NCBI GenBank assembly: GCA_965216315.1
Contig: CBDCFN010000016.1
Span: 896,001 to 960,000, forward strand
DNA from: a bacterium
Lineage (GTDB): Bacteria > UBA10199 > 2-02-FULL-50-16 > JAJFLM01
Reading direction: 5' to 3'
DNA: 64,000 bases
In this document: in pieces, positions 9,813 to 18,989 of the stretch
Layout of the letters: each line of letters opens with the position of its first letter
How positions within the stretch are numbered: the stretch's first letter is position 1
Notes under the pieces: model-generated
The model's database searches: none
Told to the model about the DNA's origin: nothing
The model's input: only the letters and a program-made list of their open reading frames with translations
Translations under genes and position numbers: made by a program

Positions 9813-10355
9813 ATGGATGATCAATCGCTGGAAAATCTCGTTCAGGCCGTACGCGACCAACACAGTCTGACCTGTCCCAAGTGCAAGAGTGAACTTTATG
9901 TTGTCTATCACGAGGATGTGGAGATCGACACATGCAAGCAGTGCAGCGGGGCGTGGGTCGAGCACATGACCGAGACGATGCTGTTGCGCAATCGCCCGGC
10001 GGGACTTTCCATTGATGAATTAAAGCGTCTCCGCAAAATATATCAACCCCTCGGTAAACTTGATGAGGTGCGCTATTTGCCGTGTCCGGTCTGCGACCAG
10101 ATGATGACCCGCAAGAATTGGGGAGCATCGTCGGGAGTGATTGTCGATCGCTGTGAGCTTCATGGCACCTGGTATGATGACCGGGAGCTGGATAAGATCA
10201 AAGAGTTTGTCCGGCTAGGCGGAATGGAATATGAAAAACTGATGGAACCGCGTAAGGACATGCAACGTTTGACGACCAAGCTCCATCACGAGGTCGAGCG
10301 CCTTGACAATAAGATCCTCCACGCCCGCCTGATGAATTTTTTCTTTGATTTGTAA
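9813..10355 (+). CDS. Double zinc-ribbon (zf-TFIIB-like) protein
   Basis: CPKC..IDTCKQCSGAW and CPVC..VDRCELHGTWYD. Confidence 0.8.
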   Translation: MDDQSLENLVQAVRDQHSLTCPKCKSELYVVYHEDVEIDTCKQCSGAWVEHMTETMLLRNRPAGLSIDELKRLRKIYQPLGKLDEVRYLPCPVCDQMMTRKNWGASSGVIVDRCELHGTWYDDRELDKIKEFVRLGGMEYEKLMEPRKDMQRLTTKLHHEVERLDNKILHARLMNFFFDL

Positions 10356-10451
10356 GCTCTGATTTCCCCTTGTTTCAGCTGCTATTTTCAAGGACAATAT
10401 AGAGAGACAACACCTGATCCCTGCTGGGTTTATGTAGAGGAGGTAGCTGGT

Positions 10452-11330
10452 ATGTGTCGTTTCGTTGTTGCTTTCTTTAGTCTAGGTCTATTGTTCTTGC
10501 CCGCCGGCGTTCAAGCCGCTAACGCCAATCTATTCATCGATGTACTCGATTCGGATACCGACACCGAGTTTGGGGGGGCACAGGTTGTTGAGGTCGTCAT
10601 CATCGATGCGGACAAAAAAGACACGGACAAGCCGGTTGGAGAGCCGGATGTTACCGCGAATGGCAAAGATATCCGGATGGCGCAGTCGGATGACGGGGAT
10701 TGGTATGGCTATATAGCCGATGACATGGAGGCGCAGGATGCCGATGAAGCGGAAGACCCGGACTTCGGGGTGTTTTGCAGCCGTACGACGGCTACAGGAG
10801 TATTGGGCGACGGGAGTACGGTAGGCAACGGTCTGGGGTTTAACGACACGAATGGCGTCGCTGTTGCACGAATCGGGAGTCTGCAAGGCTGGAGCAATGG
10901 CGTTGAAGCTTTCAATGCCTGTACTGGAACGCCGGGAGCGACCTTGCTCTTGAATGAGGCTGTGACGGACCCTCCAGACCTCAATACTTTCGGTAGCCTT
11001 CCCATCGGGCAGATCGGCGTTGATCTCAATGTTTGGCCCTTGGTGCAGCTATATAACTTCAATGTAGGGGTCAACGTAGTGATTCAATACAGTAAAGGTG
11101 GGGGGACGCAGACGCAGACCTTAGCGTACGTCGAAACGCCGCCGGACCCTCCTGATCCAGGGGATGATGATGGAACGGGCGACGGCGGTGACTCTGGAGC
11201 TGATACGGGCGGTGATTCGGGTGCGGAGAGTGGAGTCGACTCGGAAACCGAGAGCGCGGGGAATACGGAATCGAATAGCGAGAACGGCGGCGATTCGAAT
11301 GCCGCGGGTGGCTGTTCGCTACTTCGTTAA
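10452..11330 (+). CDS. Secreted surface protein: thaumarchaeal S-layer-like domain, acidic Gly/Ser linker, GGCSLLR tail
   Basis: SD GAGGAGG; signal peptide ending VQA; motifs ANANLF, QVVEVVIID, GEPDVTANGK.IRMAQ..DGDWYGY, DFGVFC, GQIG, WPLVQLY, VIQYSKGGG. Confidence 0.75.
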   Translation: MCRFVVAFFSLGLLFLPAGVQAANANLFIDVLDSDTDTEFGGAQVVEVVIIDADKKDTDKPVGEPDVTANGKDIRMAQSDDGDWYGYIADDMEAQDADEAEDPDFGVFCSRTTATGVLGDGSTVGNGLGFNDTNGVAVARIGSLQGWSNGVEAFNACTGTPGATLLLNEAVTDPPDLNTFGSLPIGQIGVDLNVWPLVQLYNFNVGVNVVIQYSKGGGTQTQTLAYVETPPDPPDPGDDDGTGDGGDSGADTGGDSGAESGVDSETESAGNTESNSENGGDSNAAGGCSLLR

Positions 11331-11337
11331 ATTTTGG

Positions 11338-12705
11338 CTACTCGCACACCTCATTACGGCAGACTTGTCCTTCCGCACAGTCGCTGTCTTGCGTACAGCT
11401 GGTTGAGCGGACGGGGAGGGCATGGTGGATGACCGTATCCATTATCTGATACTCTTCCTCTTTCTCGATCGGTACCGCTTCCATTTCGACGGTCGAGGCC
11501 GCTTCGTAAGTCCGCGGCATGCAGGTCGGCGAAAAATCATCATAGGTCTCAGAGCTCAAACGCTGCAATGCCGAACCGTCCGGGTTGATCATGTAGATAC
11601 TGCGTGATGGCATTCGACCGGGTTCGCGTGGTAACCCGAAAGAAAAGAAAATCTTTTGATTGTCGTGTGACCAACAGGGCGACGCGTAGTTCCCATTGAC
11701 GAGCGTCGCGTTTTCGATCATGCGAATATTACCGCAGAGGTAGTCACCGTTTCGACTCATGCCGGGTGAAACGCTCAATTCGCAGGTCCAAAGGCGATCA
11801 CGTATTCCGTCGTGGCGCACGAAAACGAGGCGGTTGCCATTCGGGCTAACGGCGACGTCTTTGCCCTCGATGGCTTCAGTGCTATGGGATGATGCGGAAT
11901 GATCTTTGAGGGGAACCAATTCACCGCTTTCGGCATCGACGACAAAGAGCCGATCCGTATCATCGCGAACGGTACGCGTACGCCCCGACTCAATTACGGT
12001 ATAGCTCCCGCGCTTAACCGACACGATCAGTTTATTGAACCAGGGATGGGCCGTATCGCGTATCGGCATCCAGCTTATTCGCCCCAAGGTACGTGTATCT
12101 GCCGAATCATCGCTGACGAGTATGGGTGGCGCTTCGGTGGTGATTGTATAGGGAAGTTCATCGAGGATGCGTATTACCGGATCGCGTCCGCTCGTATTTG
12201 TCGTCACCATGGCAAATTGTTGCCGTGGTCCCCAGGTTGGGTAGTGGGGGGTGAACTGATTACGAAAATGATACAGCGGAATCGATCCGCCCCCATTCAG
12301 TTTCCATACGGTTAAATACGATACGAGCTGTGCTCTGGATGCGTCGGTTTCGATAGCGACGATTTCCGATTGGGCATTGGCCGCCAATGAGCCGTAATGG
12401 AGGGTGTTTAACGTGTTTGGTGTCAGTTGACGCACGGAGGCGGGGGAGCACGTATCCGCATAAAATATATTTTTCACGTTGTGCTCGCGTCGTGAGATGA
12501 AGGCGTAATTGTAGCACTGCTGCTCCAGGGCAGCACGTCCCGGAAAGAAACGAGATCCCATTCGAGGCGTTTGTAGGAGATTGTGCGGAATCATCTGGGG
12601 CCGAACCAGCTGCAGTGACTTGCCGCCTGTAGGCGGCTCGGCTTGAATGACAGGGGTAAATGAACAGGAAAGCAAGAGAACGAACAGGAATGTGAGTTGT
12701 TTCAT
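11338..12705 (-). CDS. Secreted TolB-like (PD40) beta-propeller protein with C-terminal Cys-rich module
   Basis: Signal peptide; YPTWGP, VAVSPNGNRLVFVR, SPCWSHDNQKIFFS, IYMINPDGS; ends CTQDSDCAEGQVCRNEVCE. Confidence 0.75.
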   Translation of the reverse strand: MKQLTFLFVLLLSCSFTPVIQAEPPTGGKSLQLVRPQMIPHNLLQTPRMGSRFFPGRAALEQQCYNYAFISRREHNVKNIFYADTCSPASVRQLTPNTLNTLHYGSLAANAQSEIVAIETDASRAQLVSYLTVWKLNGGGSIPLYHFRNQFTPHYPTWGPRQQFAMVTTNTSGRDPVIRILDELPYTITTEAPPILVSDDSADTRTLGRISWMPIRDTAHPWFNKLIVSVKRGSYTVIESGRTRTVRDDTDRLFVVDAESGELVPLKDHSASSHSTEAIEGKDVAVSPNGNRLVFVRHDGIRDRLWTCELSVSPGMSRNGDYLCGNIRMIENATLVNGNYASPCWSHDNQKIFFSFGLPREPGRMPSRSIYMINPDGSALQRLSSETYDDFSPTCMPRTYEAASTVEMEAVPIEKEEEYQIMDTVIHHALPVRSTSCTQDSDCAEGQVCRNEVCE

Positions 12706-12843
12706 GGCTCGATTTTACCGTTATATAAAGGTTTCTGCAAGTTGCGTGCGCCGGTTGGGTTTAATGTGTTGCTGAATTTGTTTGTTTTTCCGCAGGACCT
12801 ATCTTAAGAGGTTTAAAGCAGTTATAATTAAGTTTGAGGAACT

Positions 12844-13998
12844 ATGAGCGGAGAAACTTCAAAAGGTCGTAACTGGGTGAATACCCTCTTCTTTTTTATC
12901 ACACCGGTTGCTGCCGTCGTAGTGACTATCTTCTATTTGCGCGCGGGTCCCGTCCCGATGTCAACGTGGCTACTGATGGCTTTTTTCATGCTTGCCTGTC
13001 CGCTCTCGATTACGGCGGGCTATCATCGGCTCTTTTCACATCGCACTTATCAGGCGCGCTGGCCGGTCCGACTGTTTTTCGTCCTCTTTGGTGGCGCCTG
13101 TTTCCAGGGTTCCGTGATTTGGTGGAGCAAGGAACATCGGGTGCATCACCGTTATGAAGATACGGATCAAGATCCCTACGGCATTCAAAAAGGTTTTTGG
13201 TATGCGCACCTGGGTTGGCTCCTTGAGAAGCGTGAAGAAGCCAGCGACCGCAACGTGCCGGATCTCATATCGGATCGCATGCTAGTCATTCAAAATCGGT
13301 ATTATCTTCCCTTGGCCATTGGGGTCGGTTTTCTGTTGCCGGCGGCGATTGCCGCGTTGTGGGGTGATTGGTGGGGTGGCTTTATCTTTGCGGGGCTTGT
13401 GCGGATGGTGATTGTGCATCACTCGACCTTTTGCATTAATTCCGTTTGTCATTTCTTTGGAAAAAAGACCTATTCACATCAACTCACAGCGCGCGACAGT
13501 TGGATGGCCGCCTTGCTGACTTATGGTGAGGGGTATCATAATTTCCATCACATGTTTGAGGGGGATTATCGCAATGGGATCCGTGCCTATCATTGGGATC
13601 CGACCAAGTGGTTGATTCGCACACTGAATGGTCTTGGTTTTGCGAAAAACTTGCACCGTATCAGTGCCAAACGCATTTTAGCGGCGCGTCTTAAGAATGA
13701 AGAACGTTTTTTGATGGACGCATTGAGCCGATATTCAGACCGTGCTCATGAGCAGGCTCTGGCCCTCATGCTAAGTTCAAAACGGCAGCTCCAACAGACA
13801 CATACTCGCTGGTTGCAGCTGAAAGCGGAATACCAAGCGCTAAAACATCAACAGCAGATTTCTATGAAGTCACGTCTCAAGCAACTCAAGGAAGACGTCC
13901 GGCAAGCGCGTCGCGAATTTCAGCAGGCGCGTGAGACGTGGTGCCAGTTGCTGAAGGAAACAACCTATACGTCAAAAATCACTGTTCCAAGCACGTAG
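12844..13998 (+). CDS. Delta-9-type acyl-CoA/fatty acid desaturase with C-terminal coiled coil
   Basis: His boxes HRLFSH, HRVHH and HNFHH; WDPTKWLI. Confidence 0.93.
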   Translation: MSGETSKGRNWVNTLFFFITPVAAVVVTIFYLRAGPVPMSTWLLMAFFMLACPLSITAGYHRLFSHRTYQARWPVRLFFVLFGGACFQGSVIWWSKEHRVHHRYEDTDQDPYGIQKGFWYAHLGWLLEKREEASDRNVPDLISDRMLVIQNRYYLPLAIGVGFLLPAAIAALWGDWWGGFIFAGLVRMVIVHHSTFCINSVCHFFGKKTYSHQLTARDSWMAALLTYGEGYHNFHHMFEGDYRNGIRAYHWDPTKWLIRTLNGLGFAKNLHRISAKRILAARLKNEERFLMDALSRYSDRAHEQALALMLSSKRQLQQTHTRWLQLKAEYQALKHQQQISMKSRLKQLKEDVRQARREFQQARETWCQLLKETTYTSKITVPST

Positions 13999-14700
13999 TG
14001 CCCAGTTGAAACTGGGTTCTGCCGCTTCTTCAGTGAATTCAACGTAGAATTTTTGTTCCCAGCTTCGTTGGCTGCGCTCGATGCATGCATCGTCTTGAGC
14101 GGAAAGAACAACGGCGAGATAGTGTGTTTTTTCGCCGTCCGCGCCACCTCGCGTCCGCGCGCCCGAGAGATAGCTCGGGTGATTGTCTATCAGATCGTTT
14201 ACGACGTTCATGGGTATGTTATAGGAGAATCTACAAGACCTGTAAGCTCCACTGCCGACTGGAGTCAATGTCTGAGTCTGCCACGGGATGTCCCGATTAG
14301 ACATGCCGGGGATCGTCGCCTTGAATTTGATTTTTGCAGTGACCCGGCTGCAATCGCCATCCGTTGTGCTCAGGTAAAAGTCACCTGTCAGTTCGGATAT
14401 ATCGGTCAACTGCGCTACGTCTATTTCCGGGACTGCATGAAAATTGGTAACGCAGCTAAGATTCGAACTCCAATCCCAGCTATAGGGCCCCAGTTGAGCA
14501 CTGTACGACGCATTTTGACGAGCGTGAATGCAGCGTATTGCCGACACCGGATTTAAACGGTGCGAGAAATCCTCTATAACCTTTATGGATGTATCGGGCG
14601 AAAGAGGTATCTTGGTAAATTTCGATTGCGCTATGGATGTCTCGCTTAGTAAGCACGCTGCGCTTGCCGCCAACAAAACAAGAAAAAGTCGTATTTTCAT
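13972..14700 (-). CDS. Hypothetical secreted Cys-containing protein
   Basis: SD AGGAGG; hydrophobic signal peptide; sigma54 promoter upstream. Confidence 0.7.
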   Translation of the reverse strand: MKIRLFLVLLAASAACLLSETSIAQSKFTKIPLSPDTSIKVIEDFSHRLNPVSAIRCIHARQNASYSAQLGPYSWDWSSNLSCVTNFHAVPEIDVAQLTDISELTGDFYLSTTDGDCSRVTAKIKFKATIPGMSNRDIPWQTQTLTPVGSGAYRSCRFSYNIPMNVVNDLIDNHPSYLSGARTRGGADGEKTHYLAVVLSAQDDACIERSQRSWEQKFYVEFTEEAAEPSFNWALRAWNSDF

Positions 14701-14728
14701 AGTGGCCTCCTAGCTGCCTCTATTGTCG

Positions 14729-14744
14729 TGCAATAGCTGTGCCA
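14729..14744 (-). promoter_or_regulatory. sigma54 (-24/-12) promoter
   Basis: Minus strand TGGCACAGCTATTGCA with exact GG-N10-GC spacing; IHF-like TATCAGTAGGTTA at about 14781-14793. Confidence 0.85.
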
Positions 14745-14834
14745 AAGGCGAGTAGGTGTACTGTGAAAAATAACAATATTTATCAGTAGGTTATATGAGC
14801 ATACCGCAATATTGCGCGGCTATTTTGTTATCAA

Positions 14835-14853
14835 TATGAGAATTATTCTCATT
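14835..14853. promoter_or_regulatory. Fur/PerR-like inverted repeat
   Basis: Perfect 8-1-8 ATGAGAAT-T-ATTCTCAT at 14836-14852, between divergent genes. Confidence 0.6.
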
Positions 14854-15008
14854 ATGATAAAAAGGCGGCAATTCCTGTGCGTTCTCTTGTTGCGCTGACT
14901 ATGTTTTCACGAATACGGTTGAGTTTCAATTTAGGACTCAACATAATCTCAACTCGCTTGCTAACGGGTGTTTATTAGAGGGACACATCATCACAAAGGA
15001 GAAATGAT

Positions 15009-15491
15009 ATGGGAGTTTCACGTTTACGTTTTAGTGCTATTAACTTTATTTTGATCACAGCATTAATTACGGTCTTTGGAACATCCTCTTCTGTTGCCGA
15101 AGAGAAAAAGGAGAAATCTCTCTATGAACGGTTGGGTGGTGTCTACAGTATTGCTACGGTCGTTGATGACTTTATCGAGCGGGTCCTGGTCAATGACATC
15201 CTCAATGCAAATCCGGCCATTGACAAGGCCAGAACTCTCGTCCCCAAGGCCGGGCTTAAACATCGTGTGACTGAGTTGGTTTGTCAGTCGACGGGTGGAC
15301 CGGAAAAATACAACGGTCGTACGATGAAAGATTCACATAAACATCTGAATATTACCGAAAAAGAATGGCAGGCTATGCTCGATGATTTCAAGAAATCTTT
15401 AGCTAAGTTTAAGGTTCCCGCCAAAGAGCAGGGTGAGTTGATTGCTATCGTTGAGAGTACCAAGAAAGATATTGTCGTGTCGGGTAAATAA
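15009..15491 (+). CDS. Group I truncated hemoglobin with N-terminal signal peptide
   Basis: SLYERLGG..IATVVDDF, TGGPEKYNGRTMKDSHKHLNITEKEW; hydrophobic leader ending SVA. Confidence 0.9.
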   Translation: MGVSRLRFSAINFILITALITVFGTSSSVAEEKKEKSLYERLGGVYSIATVVDDFIERVLVNDILNANPAIDKARTLVPKAGLKHRVTELVCQSTGGPEKYNGRTMKDSHKHLNITEKEWQAMLDDFKKSLAKFKVPAKEQGELIAIVESTKKDIVVSGK

Positions 15492-15554
15492 CGATTGAGC
15501 GAGGGTTTTGCGACTCCGTAAAGTCAACAGCAGTCTTGTCACTGCGAGGATTCC

Positions 15555-15581
15555 GCAACTTTCTCCCTCAATAGTCGAAAC
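15555..15581 (+). promoter_or_regulatory. sigma28/FliA-like promoter
   Basis: GCAACTTT-N11-GTCGAAAC, 13 nt before ATG 15595. Confidence 0.55.
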
Positions 15582-15594
15582 CGGCTTTGTTGCG

Positions 15595-16626
15595 ATGGCC
15601 CTTCAATTGACGACAACTTACCTGACGGCACCGCTCTTGGCGAGTGTGCAGCTGGCACGCCCGGAGTGCCACGTGGCCATCCTGCGCTCCTTAGAACGGG
15701 ATGAGTTTATCGAGGTCGCTGAGCCTATTGGCCAAGTCGTCGCACGTCTGGAAGCATCCGGTAATTTTATCACTTATCTGGAAGCTCCGGAGGAAAGTCC
15801 GTGGCAGGCGACACAGCGCTGGCACAACTCATTGCCGGAGCAAGCCCGACATCCCCATCTCAATTCATTGGTGTCTCCAGGGCCAACGCGCTGGTTTAAA
15901 AGTGAGGCGGACCTGGTCGAGGCGTATCATGCCCGTGTCGTGACAGTATTGAAGCATGGTTTGGAATTTTTTGCAGGACAACCGCCGAGCTGGGAACAGG
16001 CATATGCCATGATTGCACCCTTGGAACAACAGATGCTGTTGCGAGACCGCATTGAGCGGACCGAGGTGCTGACCCCGCAACTTAATGAGGTCATTCTGAG
16101 CTTGGGCCTTCGCCATTATGCGGTGCGCGTTTGGGAACGACTCCAGTATTGCGTTGACGAATGTAACATCGAAGCCTGGTCCCATTCTAATGAACTGAAT
16201 CCTAATGTGCGTTACGCAAAATACCACGCCGCTCAGACTAAACGCTTGTCGACGATGTCGTGGGCCATCAGTGCGGTGGCTCAGGCACGTCATTTATTGA
16301 GTCAGGATGCTCAGGGCGGTCCTTATCGGGGCCGGGACACGCGTGTTCAAATTGACTGGGAGTGGGAGCACGAGCGCTTTATGCAGGTTGTCGCCAACGC
16401 CCGTAGCCTAAGAGATTTTTCAGAAAGCAACGAGGACGCAAATGCGACGCATTTTCGGCAGCAAGTCATGGAACAACTGAGTCGAGCGGTGATCGCCGCG
16501 GATATGGGGGCGATGACGATGTATTTATTAGAGCAGGTTGCGACCTTGATACATCACGAAGATCCGGAGTTGCAGGAGGAGTTGCGGGCGGCCTTTCTCG
16601 CGGCGCAACTCAAGAGGCCGTGCTAG
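15595..16626 (+). CDS. Hypothetical protein (orphan, probably helical)
   Basis: Long ORF with no recognisable domain; start set at ATG 15595 downstream of the putative promoter. Confidence 0.6.
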   Translation: MALQLTTTYLTAPLLASVQLARPECHVAILRSLERDEFIEVAEPIGQVVARLEASGNFITYLEAPEESPWQATQRWHNSLPEQARHPHLNSLVSPGPTRWFKSEADLVEAYHARVVTVLKHGLEFFAGQPPSWEQAYAMIAPLEQQMLLRDRIERTEVLTPQLNEVILSLGLRHYAVRVWERLQYCVDECNIEAWSHSNELNPNVRYAKYHAAQTKRLSTMSWAISAVAQARHLLSQDAQGGPYRGRDTRVQIDWEWEHERFMQVVANARSLRDFSESNEDANATHFRQQVMEQLSRAVIAADMGAMTMYLLEQVATLIHHEDPELQEELRAAFLAAQLKRPC

Positions 16627-17050
16627 CCGAATCGTGACTCTGATGACAGAACACCCAGTCGGAATGATCTTCATAATGTTCTTTCTTCCACACTGGAGCC
16701 CGCTTTTTGAATTCCTCGATCATGTAGCGACAGGCCTCCATCGCCTCATTGCGATGCGGGCTACTGACCATGATGACAATGCCACACTCGCCGACATCTA
16801 GCTTGCCGATGCGTTGGATGAGTGCAAGTTCGTGAATCGACAAGCGTTGTTGAATTTCTGAAATAATGCGCTCAACTTCGGCGCGCATAAAGGCTTCATG
16901 GACCTCATACTCGAGACCGGAAACCTCTTTTCCAACATTGGATGCGCGTATCGTCCCCTCAAAGCTCGCGATTGCACCGCAGGAGGGGTGCGCAACGGCG
17001 GTGCGGGCTTCATTGAGGTCGATGAGCTGGTCAGTTACTTTGATCAGCAT
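16610..17050 (-). CDS. moaE: Molybdopterin synthase large subunit MoaE
   Basis: GAIASFEGTIR, LEYEVH, RIGKLDVGE, SSPHR, KKRAPVWKKEHY; start ATG 17050. Confidence 0.95.
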   Translation of the reverse strand: MLIKVTDQLIDLNEARTAVAHPSCGAIASFEGTIRASNVGKEVSGLEYEVHEAFMRAEVERIISEIQQRLSIHELALIQRIGKLDVGECGIVIMVSSPHRNEAMEACRYMIEEFKKRAPVWKKEHYEDHSDWVFCHQSHDSASTAS

Positions 17051-17051
17051 C

Positions 17052-17297
17052 TCATCCTCCCGCGACCGGCGGGATGAAAGAGACTTCATCGCCGTCGCAT
17101 AGTTTGTAGTCGGCATCAACGTAGGCATTATTCACCCCGTACATGAGGGAGTGATCCAGGAATTCCTGGTCGCAAACGTCCTTTAAAAGCCGTTGTGCCA
17201 GTTGAGTGACGGTTTCGCCGTCTTGGACTTCATGGTCGGCTTCGTCGGCCTTCATGCGCTCTCGCAAGATCGCAAAGTAGAGGACGTGTACCTTCAT
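17052..17297 (-). CDS. moaD: Molybdopterin synthase sulfur carrier MoaD
   Basis: VLYFAILRE...DGDEVSFIPPVAGG with C-terminal Gly-Gly. Confidence 0.95.
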   Translation of the reverse strand: MKVHVLYFAILRERMKADEADHEVQDGETVTQLAQRLLKDVCDQEFLDHSLMYGVNNAYVDADYKLCDGDEVSFIPPVAGG

Positions 17298-18520
17298 GGC
17301 GTCCCTCTCTTGATGAAGACTCCCGGCAATAAATGCACGGTCACGGACTCTCCAGCTTCGACTTGATTGGTTTCTTCGGGAAGAATGACTAAGCAGTTCG
17401 CTTGGGCAAAAGAGACCATCGTGTGCGAGCCCTGTTGTTCGAGTATCTCCACGCTTTCACCATCAAAACGTGCCCGCAAGAAATGCGCGCGATCACCTTT
17501 CTTTTTAAAATCAGCCTTCAGTGGACAGCGCAGGCTTGGTAGTGCCGGGGCCTGATGGCCCATCGCATGGAGCAGGGCGATGCGCGCATACTCGTAAAAA
17601 CAAACGAGTGCCGAGGCGGGATTGCCGGGCAGGCCGATGAGATATTGTGTGTCATTTCTTTTGCCAAAATAGATTGGTTTGCCGGGTTTCTGTTTGACCT
17701 TCCAAAAGATTTCTTCAACGCCGTGGCCTTGCGCAATTTCTTTGACGAAGTCATAGTCGCCGACTGAGACGCCACCGGTGATGATCAAGAAATCGGACTC
17801 GGCGAAGCCGGTTTCAATTGTGGCCAATAAGGCCTCCTTGTCATCAGAACACTGCATCACCATGGCCGGGGAGAGTTGCATTTCTTGGAGTGCGGCGACG
17901 AGCGCGAATGAATTCGAATCGAAGATCTTACCGGGTTGATAGTCTGTGAGTTCGGTAACGATCTCCGAACCGGTGACGATGATGCCAACCCGTGGGGGTG
18001 AAAAAATTTCAACCTGTTTTTGTCCGAGGCTGGCCAGTAGGCCGATGCCGGCCGAGGTCAACGCGTCGCCGCGTTGGAATACGGTCGTGTCTTTGCGTAA
18101 TTCCTCGCCCTGATTGCGAATATGTTTGCCGGCGGCGACCGGTGCGTTAACGCGAATTTGATCTTCGGTGCGTTCGACGTTTTCTTGGGGAATGACCGCA
18201 TCAGCACCCTTCGGCACCATTGCGCCGGTAAAGATGCGTGCGGTCTCACCCGCTTGCAAGGTCCAATCCGGTGCATCCCCGGCGGCCACGGTGTGCGTTA
18301 CTTTTAATGAGGTGTGTGTGGCGGCGTTGGCGTCCTGTGTATCAGCCGCGCGTACGGCATAGCCGTCCATTGCAGAGTTATCAAAGGGGGGTGTATCGAA
18401 AGGCGCGTTGATGTCAGCGGCCAAGACGCGCCCCAAGGCCTCTTTGAGGGGGACAGTCACCGTTGCGCGTCGGACAACGGTTTCGATGATTTTTTGTTGG
18501 GCTTGCTCAACCGATATCAT
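17294..18520 (-). CDS. moeA: Molybdopterin molybdenumtransferase MoeA
   Basis: PPFDNSAMDGYA, RIFTGA, TGGVSVGDYD, KPGKP, GLPGNPAS. Confidence 0.97.
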   Translation of the reverse strand: MISVEQAQQKIIETVVRRATVTVPLKEALGRVLAADINAPFDTPPFDNSAMDGYAVRAADTQDANAATHTSLKVTHTVAAGDAPDWTLQAGETARIFTGAMVPKGADAVIPQENVERTEDQIRVNAPVAAGKHIRNQGEELRKDTTVFQRGDALTSAGIGLLASLGQKQVEIFSPPRVGIIVTGSEIVTELTDYQPGKIFDSNSFALVAALQEMQLSPAMVMQCSDDKEALLATIETGFAESDFLIITGGVSVGDYDFVKEIAQGHGVEEIFWKVKQKPGKPIYFGKRNDTQYLIGLPGNPASALVCFYEYARIALLHAMGHQAPALPSLRCPLKADFKKKGDRAHFLRARFDGESVEILEQQGSHTMVSFAQANCLVILPEETNQVEAGESVTVHLLPGVFIKRGTP

Positions 18521-18531
18521 GATGTGTTCCT

Positions 18532-18984
18532 TTATTCGGTTGTAACTCCCATTTCATCGAAGACAGCGGCGGTTTCTTCAGTAGAGAGCAGTTGGTCAAT
18601 GCCGGGATAGAGGACGCGTTCTTCTTTATGATTGTGATGCTTTAAGATGAGCAGCACTTGTTCCGCATCCGCAGCCACGTCCATGTCTCCCGCCTGGAGT
18701 TTTTCGTAGATGGTATTCAAGCAGTGTTCAATTTGACGGTGTTCTGTTCTCATGACCGCTGTCGGTCCACTGTCACGCATATCCGTTTTTTCCTCAAAAC
18801 GCGGAAAGAGTATTTCTTCTTCCCAACGAATATGGCAAATCAGTCCGTTCATAAACTCTTCAAATAGCTGGGTGGCCTTCTCAAGCTCGTTGGTCTTACA
18901 ATCTCTAAATGCATTGAACAGGCGATCAAGGCGCCCGTGATCCTCCTGGTAATACTGGCTAATCGTTTCTGTTGGCATAGACAT
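18532..18984 (-). CDS. Hemerythrin-like (HHE) domain protein
   Basis: DHGRLD, HIRWEEEILFP, GPTAVMRTEH, HNHKEERVLYP. Confidence 0.88.
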   Translation of the reverse strand: MSMPTETISQYYQEDHGRLDRLFNAFRDCKTNELEKATQLFEEFMNGLICHIRWEEEILFPRFEEKTDMRDSGPTAVMRTEHRQIEHCLNTIYEKLQAGDMDVAADAEQVLLILKHHNHKEERVLYPGIDQLLSTEETAAVFDEMGVTTE

Positions 18985-18989
18985 TTCCT

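Noticed and set aside
11338..12705. Housekeeping tolB
   Set aside because: No TolB N-terminal domain was recognised and there are no tolQRA/pal neighbours.
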